From assembly GCA_965649825.1 (NCBI GenBank), contig OZ287696.1, positions 1,159,101-1,223,100 of the forward strand: DNA of 64,000 bases. Reading direction: 5' to 3'. A program made the position numbers and the translations under genes. Shown in pieces: positions 50,901 to 61,165 of the stretch (position 1 is its first letter; each line of letters begins with the position of its first letter). This stretch comes from Penicillus capitatus. Taxonomy: Eukaryota > Plantae > Chlorophyta. The notes beneath the pieces are model-generated. The model saw only the letters and a list, made by a program, of their open reading frames with translations, was not told where the DNA came from and ran no database searches.

Positions 50901-51346
50901 CTTCCTGACCGGCTCGCTTGTTCCTTCCCTTCTCTAGCATCCAACTGGCTCGTTCTCTGGAGTTGGCTTGGCGGCGGCGTCTTACTCTTGTCGGAGCGGA
51001 GGCTCAGTCGGAGTCGATGCAAGGATCGGCTCAGCTCCTCTCCCTTGGGTCTGCCAACACACATCTGTTCTGCCATGGACTCCGTGCGATCGAGGGGGAC
51101 CGGTTGAGCGTCCGCACTCTGTCGCGGATGGTGAGGGTGATTGTCAAGTTCTCTTCGGCGTCGGGAATGCGCACGACGGCCTGGTCGCAGACACGCGTGA
51201 TCGAAGGACCGGACACTCCTCGAGCGCACTTTCTCTGCGCTGCTGCCAGACATGTTCGGCGCTGCGCCGAGTGCGAGGGACGCTTTGAAGAAACGCGGAC
51301 GGAAATCGCGGCGCAGTAACGTCAACGGCGAAAAGGGGGCGTGCAT
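47912..51346 (-). CDS. PDE12/CCR4-like EEP phosphodiesterase fused in frame to YrdC (threonylcarbamoyl-AMP synthase), with a transit-peptide-like N-terminus
   Basis: EEP motifs FRVVTYNVLAD, DIVCLQE, VNTHL, GDLNS, GLLDYVWY and PSDHLA. Intron 48725-48782 leads to VVVDMRFK...GRLV|GLPTDTIYG, KGR, PGPVT, GVRVPD, TSANRSG, DGG and STVVD. Confidence 0.9.
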
Positions 51347-51390
51347 GGCACTGCCGATCACATTCCGCAGAAGGACAAGGCGATTGCCTG

Positions 51391-52727
51391 TTAGGTACGA
51401 CGTCCCATCGTCTGGGGCACAGGATCGGCTGGTCGCAGATCCGCGAGGGTCAGCGCCGACACGCGCTCATCGCCCGGACGAACAGCGCCTGAACCGTCTG
51501 GACGCCTTCCCCCATGCACTCCGTCGTCTCTCTTCCTCCTCAGCTTCCTGTCCCAAACCTGTCCGATGGAGATGGCATCCTGGATGTGGCGAATCGACGT
51601 TGTGCTGGGGTCGATTCCGAGGTCCAGCATCCTCGATAGGATCTCCACTGCCTTCTCTGGCATTGCTTTGACGTGACAGCTCTTCAGGAGCAGCTCGAAC
51701 GTCTCGCTGTTCGGTCTGGTCTCCGACGATACGCCGAGTTCGATTCTCCGCATCGCGGAATCGAAAACCTCCAAGGCTGCCGAAAACTGAAAGCCAGTCG
51801 TCTGCGTTGTCCGGAAGGTCGTCTGCCGCTCACTTGGTCTGCCTTGATCAACGACTCGATGACGGCTTCGAGGAGATCGACTGGCATCCGACAACCGCTC
51901 AGCCTCGCCCCCTGCGGCAATTCTCGAAGTTCAGTCTGTCGACTGGACTCGGCAGCCGGGTCGACACTATAATCGCTCGCGGGGGAGCCCATCGGCCAGC
52001 CGCTTTCAGAAGCGAGACGATCGTCCATCAGTTGCTGTTCGAAACGCGGACCAAGTCGAGGAATAGACAATCGAGAACGAGGGTGCGATCGGCGGTATTT
52101 GCGAGGCAGTTCGAAGCCGCTCGCCGTTTCCTGTTACATCGTCTCGTCGTCAGTCGACCGCAAGTGCTGATCCGGGTTCTCGCAAATCGATAGGCCTCCA
52201 ATGGATTGTTGCTCTAACGTTCGAATTTGTGTTACATCCTCTTCAGTCGTTTTCTGCAACAAAGAAGAGCGTCTCCTGACTAAATCGGTTGTCAAGAATC
52301 GATTCAGATCGTCCACCAAGCCGACGCTCTGAAAAGAATCTTACTCGTGCATGCATCTCACAGACGAGAAAACAAACGTCACCGAACTGAATACGCGTCG
52401 CAATGAAACAAAGATTTGCCGGAAGCAAGAAACGACCCATCGGTAAATCCAGACGAGCGATCCTTCATCGACGTTGCAGCGATGAACAACAGACACAGCT
52501 TTCCAAGAGCTTCTCAGGCGAGGGACACTCTTCTGTGTGCGATCGTGCAGGCAAGTGCCACAGCAGTATGCACTGTCGACGACGGTTTCTCCAACAGGCT
52601 GATGATGCCGGATCGCCTGGAAACCGCCGATCGAGGACGACCAGATAAGCATAAAACGCACGCGATGCTCGATCGATCGCTGATGGATCGTCCACAGAGT
52701 GCGAATCCGTTGCGCTCTCGTGTGCAT
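51391..52727 (-). CDS. Pentatricopeptide-repeat (PPR) protein, probably organellar
   Basis: PPR-type motif PNSETFELLLKSCHVKAMPEKAVEILSRMLDLGIDP and a preceding LLEAVIESLIKADQ|FSAALEVF. Arg-rich N-terminus from ATG 52727. Upstream exons are approximate. Confidence 0.68.
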
Positions 52728-52822
52728 TGCGAGTGCGGTGTGAAAGAACCTATTGAACTCTCGGCCTGCTGTCGTATTCTCACTGTTTCGTAACAAGTCT
52801 GGAGTGTCTTGGTTTATCCAGA

Positions 52823-53413
52823 TTGTCGGCTTCCTGCTACACAGTCTTCTGTCTCTTTTCAGTCTGTCTGCGGTGTGCGTGGCGCGTCATTGAAGTAATA
52901 GTTAGACGATTGGAACAGCGTCGCAGAGATGATGTCCTTCTCGTTTTCCTGATGTTACGATCAGCTTGCAAAACCGGCGTTTGTTCTGTCTGCATTGTTT
53001 TCCTTGTACCACTCGCATTTTATGCAGTGTCACACTACTATGACTTTATCGACAAGCTTGCTCTTCGTTCGGCCTTCTTTAGCGGCACGGACGAGGAATT
53101 CCTCCTCTTTATGATGGAAGACGAAGAAATCTCGGCTGCGTTTGAAGAGCTACTCCATAGTGGCCTTCGCCTTTTATTACTCGCTATTCTCGCCATTGGG
53201 AGTCTTATCTGCTATACTGGTTTCGCAGTCTGCCCAAAATGCTGGTGTTGTTGTTGGGTCTCCTGCTGTTTCTTTGTCTTCGAGTATGTGTTGTTGATGA
53301 TGTCTCCATCGATTCTGAACTTTCTCGCCGTGTATGTCAAGGATAACTTCGTGCCCCATGGTGATAAAAACACGGATGATCGATTTTGCGATGCGGACAT
53401 CGGAATCTGCTGA
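52823..53413 (+). CDS. Orphan Cys-rich membrane-protein-like ORF (first ATG at 52952)
   Basis: Open frame of 196 codons with three hydrophobic stretches and CPKCWCCCWVSCC. Confidence 0.4.
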   Translation: MSASCYTVFCLFSVCLRCAWRVIEVIVRRLEQRRRDDVLLVFLMLRSACKTGVCSVCIVFLVPLAFYAVSHYYDFIDKLALRSAFFSGTDEEFLLFMMEDEEISAAFEELLHSGLRLLLLAILAIGSLICYTGFAVCPKCWCCCWVSCCFFVFEYVLLMMSPSILNFLAVYVKDNFVPHGDKNTDDRFCDADIGIC

Positions 53414-53447
53414 CAATGGATGTTTTTTTGTGAGTCGGCGCTTTCCT

Positions 53448-54297
53448 TTACACAAGTGACGACAGTCCGATTCCACATTCAGCATCAGGCATAAGATGCA
53501 AAAGATTGTCTTTCAGAACGAAGATAAGATCGAAAGAGTCGAGGATCAGGAAAAGTATCAGATAGCCTGTTGGCCAAGACGGCATCCCAAGTGTGGAAGA
53601 GCATTCCGGACACTTCTGTTGATGCTCGTTTTTAATGGTTTCGTTCTTATATGTGTGCTTGCATGCTTCCAATGACTTCGACTGTCGTTTACGATCAAAT
53701 TCGTTAGAATCCTCTCTCGATGACACATGGCTTCAAGAAACGCGTGAATTGGAGTGCGTGAAAGACTCTATGCCTTCCTCCACCTCTGACGCTTCCAATT
53801 CTTGGATCATACAGGGCATAAGGCATAGATATTTCTGGATCTTCCTTCCCTTAGCTCTAATGAAGCAACATCGCTATTTCGAGGTTATTATCGTCAGCTG
53901 ATGCCTCAATCGAGGTTCGGTGACCAAGTTCGACCGTCCACATACAAGTCGTGCAACTTACAGAAGACCTCTTAAAACCACGAGGTATCTTTACCTTACC
54001 ACGTCCAGCAGCAGATCACATAGAATCTTAACGCAAGCTTTCCACTTGCTCGATTGTTCTTTCCGTATTGTTTCTTACTCTCGAAATTGCTCTCCGATTT
54101 TGTTTAAGTATCTCGCAGCTGCACAGGCACTATGCTTCGTTCGCAAATGCGTCACTGAATTCTCCCCTATCTCGACGAGAATGTGTCTCATTTTGGCTGT
54201 CGAAAGAGAACATACAAATCAACGTTTGACAATGTTCTGTAATGCTGGTATCCAATGGCGTAAGTTGAATGGAAAACTCTGAAAGACTTTTCGACAT
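53448..54297 (-). CDS. Possible small-exon hypothetical gene
   Basis: ATG 54297 (MSKSLSEF) and a 49-nt GTATGT..AG intron restoring a frame (WENSVTHLRTKH...), followed by a GTAAGA donor. The downstream joins were not resolved. Confidence 0.25.
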
Positions 54298-55453
54298 TGT
54301 TTTCTGCACACAGTTCACAATGTGCGGTAAACGTCGTGCATCCAACTCTTTCCTCCGGCACCAGAATACTTGCGCAAAACATGTGATAAACCTTGTTAAG
54401 ACGAGAACAGACAGTATCATTTCTACTCTTTAGTGTCGTCTTCAGAAGGCAGGCGATCGTTTTTACTGTTTGTGGTTGTTCTCATTGTCTTAAAAAGGTA
54501 ACAACGTTCATTATGATTACCACGAACATGTCATTGGCGATGAACTCGAAAGCCAAGGACGATTATGCAGCGCGTTCTCGACAGAAAATAGATCGCCACG
54601 TTTGATCGCGAGAAACTCAATAGCACATGGTTATTGATCTTGTTCTCTGATGAATTCGAGAGCTATCGTTGAACGTGGTGTTGTTCTTTTCTTTCCATCG
54701 ATTCACAACACGGCGAAAACGTTAAACACCTGCTTAATCGACGATCAAAGACCCGTCTTCTTTAGTTGCCGAATTAACCAAAGGAGTTCCAAAATTTGTC
54801 AACGCCGTTAGTGCGCGTCTTTGCAAGTCGATGCCATTCCAACATCAACGCGTTTTAAGACCGAAGAGGTAGATCGCTGCGCGTCGAACTGAGATCGAAA
54901 TCGAATTGAACGATCGATTAATCGCTACGAGCAAAGCTAACTTGCTCGATTTTTCGGTCGTCAGTTTCACTTGGAAATCGCGACATGATTGGTACGAGAT
55001 TCTACTTTTTCCGCTTTATGCGAGGTTGACAGATCCAATATCAATCTGCATCAACTCTATAGATCGATTAAAATACAAATCGATTTCGATCAGTTTATTT
55101 CCGATTGAATCGGACTACCTTGATTGTTCGATCGTCAATTGCGTTACAATCATCCATGATTGGATAAACATGGATAACCTGCTTTCTTGAACTGGCTGTT
55201 CGTAAAGCTTTAATTTAGTCGACGATCGTTTGCGGTTCCTGCAGATCAGCGACACAGGTATCTGTACGTGTGATATGCAACGAACTTATCGTTGTGCACA
55301 GTTGATCGACGATGAAAACGAGACGCCGGAAGAGTTTGTTAATGATTCCTACTAGGAAGTTGATCTAAGAACGATCCTCGAGAATCTTTCCAAGAAAACG
55401 AATTCCCGATAGGCAATGATTCTGATTCCTGTCTTACACTTTCTCTTGGGTTG

Positions 55454-57226
55454 TTATATTGGTTTTATACAGTTTACTCGTCTCTGTTCGCTTTCCACAG
55501 AGTTTTCCCAAAACAAGAGACCTCGTGCTTTGGGTGGTACTGCAGAGAGAAGCATATTTTCTGGCGATACGTCACCGGGAACGTACAAAGCGAGTTCCGA
55601 TTGAAGCCCTTGATCTACGAGCCATTCCATGCGACACTCGTCGATCAATCGCTTGCATTTCATTCCAACGGAGACCCTGTACTCCTTAGGAAAGAATCGC
55701 CAGAAAGACGGCGATGCTTCGTCTGTCGGAGTTATCTCTTTCATACGTAAACCTATCTGCTTGGTACTCTCTACTGCTTTCTCATCGACAACATCTAAAC
55801 GCTGATGATCACACAGTGCCCAACCTGATCATCACTCGTTTGCATGGTCTGAGTGTTGACGTGATTAAGCTACCTGTCATCCACGAGACGAGTTCGAAGT
55901 CTTCTTTTGTAAAGTCGCGGCGAACGAAGTTTTCTCTCGCGGCATAAGATTCCCAGTCGCAACGATGGTGACAGCAGGTTGCGATGAACAGACCAGTAAA
56001 CCGATCGGCGACTTCTGTTCTGCGAAAAGACGACCATTCGGAAAAGCAGACAGCGACAAGATGTCGATCGAACCCGATCGCTTTACGGCAAGCCAGTAGA
56101 GCGTAATCCGTACCGCTGCCACAGAGATGTTTTCCAAGGGCCACCCATGGACCGATCGGCTTCTGATCGATCTCCGGCAATCGACTCAGATCGAAGTCTT
56201 TGAGATCGATGCGGATTCGTCGGACCGTCAACGCCTCGTCGCTCTTCATTGTGCGTTCCGCCTTTAGAAGTGTTCGTTTGTTCGACTGGATCAGGCAATT
56301 GTCAACGAATACCTTTAGTTTGAAAGATTGGTTGTCCACCAGCACAAAACGCTTCGCATCTGTGCAATCCGAGATCATGCTCGATAAATAAGCTTTTCCC
56401 GCCCCAAATTCGATCACCAAGGGAGGTTCAGCAAAACATCGGAAGACTTCCTTTTCCATAAGGTATCCTGGAGCACCTTACCGATCAAACACGGTCCTCG
56501 ACATCTGTGATAGCTCGCCTGCTATGGATGCTTGTTGCATAGCGTGCTTCAATTTAAACGGTCGGCGACCATCCGGTTTTAGAAATGGCTGACACACTTC
56601 TGGTATGCGGTACTTCAATTCCAAGCGATCCATCGACGCAACGAGTTTCTCGACCTTTGTCCATACGCGCGTACAAACTTCGTTTTCGCACATTGTCGAT
56701 TGATCGGAAGTAGCACACCTTGCTTATCAGAGTCAGCAATCCTTCGACTCCCAACTCAAGCGCATACTTCATTCTCCGTTCGCTCCTCGTCGATCCTATC
56801 GATATCGTCATGGCCTCGGATGCGATAGACGGGAACGTACCACTTGGGAGCATTGGCTCATCTGAACAGTATTTATTGACATCCTTCGTGTAGGTGGCAT
56901 CTTTCTGAATACCAGAAGTCAAGACGAAGCAGACAATCGTCGAATCGAAGACCTACCTCTGTTTCGTTCAATCTCTTCTGTTCTGAGCATTTTCGGATGT
57001 GTCGGACAAGATTCTCCTCCAGCACGTAACTTGGATGGAGACAGAGCGTTGTCGACAGGCGAAGAGAACCATCTTCTTACTGTCCCGGGTTCAGCGGACA
57101 GGGAACACGCTTCTGCCCTTCACCCGTCGCGAAATAGAGATGCTGTCCGCAGTAATCCTTGTCGGGAATCGCATGGAATCGGCACGTTCGGTTTTTGTGA
57201 GCTATGTAGTATGTGCAGCGAGGCAT
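55454..57226 (-). CDS. TRM13: tRNA:m4X (2'-O-ribose position 4) methyltransferase TRM13
   Basis: N-terminal zinc fingers CTYYIAHKNRTC...YCGQH and RVPCPLNP; IEFGAGKAYLS, KHLCGSGTD, ATCCHHRC and GMKCKRLID. Confidence 0.92.
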
Positions 57227-57853
57227 CGAGCGATGATGGCGAACAAATGTTACATGATGGTGTCGGCGCGCCGCCGCCGCCTTTGCGATACCCATTCAGC
57301 AATTCGATACACTAAGACATCGAAAGCTCTCTGGTAGCTGCGAAGATCGCCTATCTGCACATATCGCCTGTAGTTATATCGTAGGCTGATCACTGGACAC
57401 GCGATCACAGCCCAGTGTCGACTGAAATGAACATTTGAAGTGAATGCATTCGCCAGTATACGTTTGAAATTGAAGATAGGCCTCGCTGGCTGTGCCGATA
57501 TACAAGCTGCGATGAGAAGATGTAATGGTTCAGGGAAAAGTTGTCGTGCGAAGGCAAGGACGAGTGCGTCTGCTTTTTTGTCAACCGGCAATGGTTCAGT
57601 CAGAACCGAGTTTCTATTCAAAGAGATAATAACAAGGCAGAGTGGTCCTTGAGCAACATCGATGTAAAGAGACAGCAATCAGATAGCAGGAATTTTGCAT
57701 GCAACAATTAAAGTCCTTGTTGCGTCTATAGAGCACGAAATGTGCATATGTGTTTCGAGTGTCTTTCGAGATAATGAAACGTCAGTCGTCCGTATGAGTT
57801 TAGCCCGACTCATCCAGAATACTGACCAAACTGGATTCCTGATCCTTCGCTTT

Positions 57854-58379
57854 TTATCGAGACGGAAGGAATTTTCTCTCGATCTTAAATGTCACTTCGA
57901 CGCAGAGGAGTGGCTTGTCCTCTTTGTCTTTTGCCGCGACTTTCACCGTGTATGTTCCTGCTGGTGTAATCGCAGGGAGCATGCGGTTGTATTTGAATAC
58001 AACGGTTCCCGCTTTCATTGGACATTTCATGTGATCCTTGAGCTCGGAACGCTCAGTATTTAGCGGAGTCTTTATGGTTTTCCCAAACATACTTATCGTC
58101 GTGGAGGTCTGAGCCGTGACCTTACCGGAATCCACGTCAGGGCCATCTGCAGCGGAATAGTGAGAGACAGCAAGAAACGGATAGTCATGCATTACCGTAG
58201 GTTCCTTTAATCTTGAAGCGGGCGGTGTGTCCAATTCGAAGCGGAGTGGGAGTTAGGTCGACAGAGGTCGGCTTGATGGGCGGTGTTACGCCATCCACCG
58301 TGCAAGGGGTAAAAGGATAGGCCGCGACAGCGCCCGTCAAAAGAACGCAGAATAGACTGCAAACAAAAGCGGGATGCAT
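57854..58379 (-). CDS. ML (MD-2/NPC2-like) lipid-recognition protein, secreted or vacuolar
   Basis: Signal peptide, then FTPC...VDLTPTPLRIG, CPMKAG, LPAITPAGTYTVK and LLCVEVTFKI. Confidence 0.85.
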
Positions 58380-58801
58380 TATCAAATGCTCAACATGGCA
58401 CACACGCCGTCTCATTCTCATAATGGCGGACGTCGATCGGGTCGAGACTTTGGAAAGACGTTGCACCCAACTTGAAGAAATCGCCAAGCAACTGGAAAAA
58501 GGCATATCACGTTCTCCAGCAGGTAGACGACCTTTTTCGTTTCCTCTGAAGGAGGGCCCGTTTTAGAGACTGAGACAAAGCCATCCCCTGCAGAAGATGA
58601 TCACAAAGGCAAGCTGTCATCGTTTCGACGTTGTCAATAGCGATTGTATTGCTGTTAGACGTGCTCATAGAGAAGCTGCGTTATCAGATTCTCCATCTAA
58701 AGAGATCCTTGCGCGAACAGGAAGCACAATCTTCTTGAAATCAGAAAACAGATGTCGTTTCGAGATGCATGTTGTCCGATCATTCTTTCGCCTATCGAGC
58801 C

Positions 58802-59980
58802 TTAATAAGGCGCTTCCAGTCTGGAAGTGTTTCTGCTGTCATAATTGTCTAATTTGAAGCTGTTCCAATCGGCAGATGTCAATCCTCGCTGCATCATAGC
58901 CAGAACCGTCGCCATCTGAGAATAGGTCACACTATTGATTAACCCTTCCTGCAGCAAGACATATGTAGACTGAAGACGAGAACTTATTACCGTACAACAG
59001 GAGTACCTGCACGCGAAATGGCCTCCCTCCTTCTGACAGTTTCACCAATTGGTGTGTGTCTCTGACGGGGACCTTCGTTAAATCTTCAATGCCATCTTTT
59101 TTGATGATCTCCTGAATCGCCGCGTGGACGTTGTCGATTTTCATGTATCGACTTCTGCCTGTTCCCAGAAGACAATTCCTTGCCAGCCACTCGAAGTCCA
59201 TTTCTTTTCCATGGAAGGCAGCACTGGCCAAGTACGATAACACGGTTGCCGTTTTGAGATTGCGCTCTTTTGCGATCGCCTCGACGTCAAGTCCTTGTGT
59301 CCAGTCTTCATGCGCCCGTTCCGCTGTCTTTCTCAGGTAAGAATCTACGACGACCCTCTCTCCAGAAGTTTGGACTCTCTCTGCAGAAGCAGGAGGTTGA
59401 TCGAATTGAAAGCTCTCATCAGTCAGGAACGCAAAATCGCGGACAATAACGTTGACCCGTCCCTGGTAACTACTCAGTGTTCCTTGAATGACGATCTTGA
59501 CTCCCTTCTGGACATGTTGACGCACTTGCTTCGCCGCAAAATCGAAAAACACAGTCTCGAAGTAACCGTAGCTTGTCTCTTTCTTGGATGATTCGCGCGG
59601 AACAGCAAGAGTCATATGGGCAAAAGGACTTCCGTCTCGTGAACTTCTTTCCTCGGGGGTATCCATCGCAAACCCGCTGAGTGTTACGGTATTGGTCATC
59701 TGGGACTCAAAGTTCTCGAATCGCGGAGGAGGAACGAGTTCGCTCTTGATCTCTGTTTCGACGGCAGGCTTAACATTCTGCTTTGCACCGATCGTGGATC
59801 GGCGACTAGGCCATGTACGCTGAACGGCATCACTGATAAAGAAGAAGGCTGAAGAGACGGAGGGTGCTGCACCTGAGAACTGCTGCTGGCGGACACCGAT
59901 AGCCTCGATGGTCCGCGTAGGTGGGTCCGCGTCGCTCGGATCGCGGCATTTCTCGGAACGTGACGCAGCAACATGTGCAT
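58802..59980 (-). CDS. Organellar single-stranded DNA-binding protein (SSB OB-fold) with a C-terminal HTH_40-like domain
   Basis: Transit peptide; NTVTLSG...PEERSSRDG...MTLAV...VFF...AKQV...QKG...IQGTL; then WTQGLDVEAIAKERNLKTATVLSYLA and a final exon with VTYSQMATVLAM. Confidence 0.8.
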
Positions 59981-60110
59981 TCAGATGGACAGCGAGAGCC
60001 CTCGCGACCTTCGATGTGATTTGACAGACGGGTCACATCCGTCACCATCTCGCCAACAACGCACGACGACCACTGAATAACGCGGTGTCTGTTTCTTGCT
60101 ATTTCAAAAG

Positions 60111-60699
60111 ATGCTGCTTCGTCGTTGTATTTGCTCCTACCCATCGACGCGCCTCCTGTCAACGACCGTAAGAATACAAACGCCGTCACCAACCCGCATC
60201 CCACGCACTTGGATTTTAGGCTGTCCTACGGGGCGAGGTTGCGCATATCGAGGAGCCGGAGTTTTCAGCAGAACCGCCACAGGAAGAAAAGGCGGAGCTG
60301 CGTCGAGACGAGCCCTTAACCACGGCACAGAAGAATGCACAGCTTTCTGTGTTGGACCCTTTTGAGTCTCTCCCGTTGCAAAAACTCGCGACGTATCTGG
60401 GGGAAACCTTTTCGCCGAAGCTCGAAGATCTGCAAGCATCGGAGCGCGAACGTACACGACCGAAAAAATACAAAGAAGTGATGGAACCTCCAAGCGTTCC
60501 ACATTTTCTGCCTCTGACGCGATGGGCGTCGCACAACAAACAAGTTCGTGAGACGCTTGTGATCGACGAAGAGAATCGCCCTCGTGTGCGTCTCTCTTGG
60601 TATCATCCAGACGATACGATGATCCCGCGCGGCTGGTTTTCGAAGGGACTGCTCGATGACATTAAGTACTACAGGCCGTTTTTGAAGAAGAAACAGTGA
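60111..60699 (+). CDS. Hypothetical ~180-aa protein with a mitochondrial-presequence-like N-terminus
   Basis: MLLRRCICSYPSTRLLSTT, then one GTAAGA..TTTAG intron in frame with ORF 60349..60699. Confidence 0.65.
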
Positions 60700-61165
60700 A
60701 GAACTCAGTTCTTTGTCGATTTTGAACTGCACGCGTGCAACTCGACGAGTGCACTGCGGATGCGCAGAAGGGAGAAGTGGGTGGCACGCGTCCAGAAAGG
60801 ACGGATACTTTTGATCGACGGATGGCACAATGTATGAAGCCAACGTCTGAGTGGGTCGTTTCTGTCGAGGCTTTAACGGATAGCCTGGTAAACATTCGCC
60901 GATCGGGACTGCACTCAGTGTATCTTTCTCTTTATGTAAGTAACGTCACATCGACATTGCCAACGATGAAGCGCAATTCCTATCATGGGCTCATCGCCCA
61001 AAGCGAAACGACGCGGTCTTCACATCGATTGGTTTTTCCGATCTGCGATCATCGATCGCAAAATACAGAACGGCCGTCTTTAAAGAGCGATTATCGTGTG
61101 CATCCACGGAATTTGCTTGATGATGGGACTGTTGCGGCACGGCTCAATCGAAGATATCGACATGC

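Noticed and set aside
57250-57678. 142-codon minus-strand ORF ending 23 nt before the TRM13 ATG (possible bicistron)
   Set aside because: There is no usable ATG, no motif and no clear upstream exon, so it cannot be supported as a gene.
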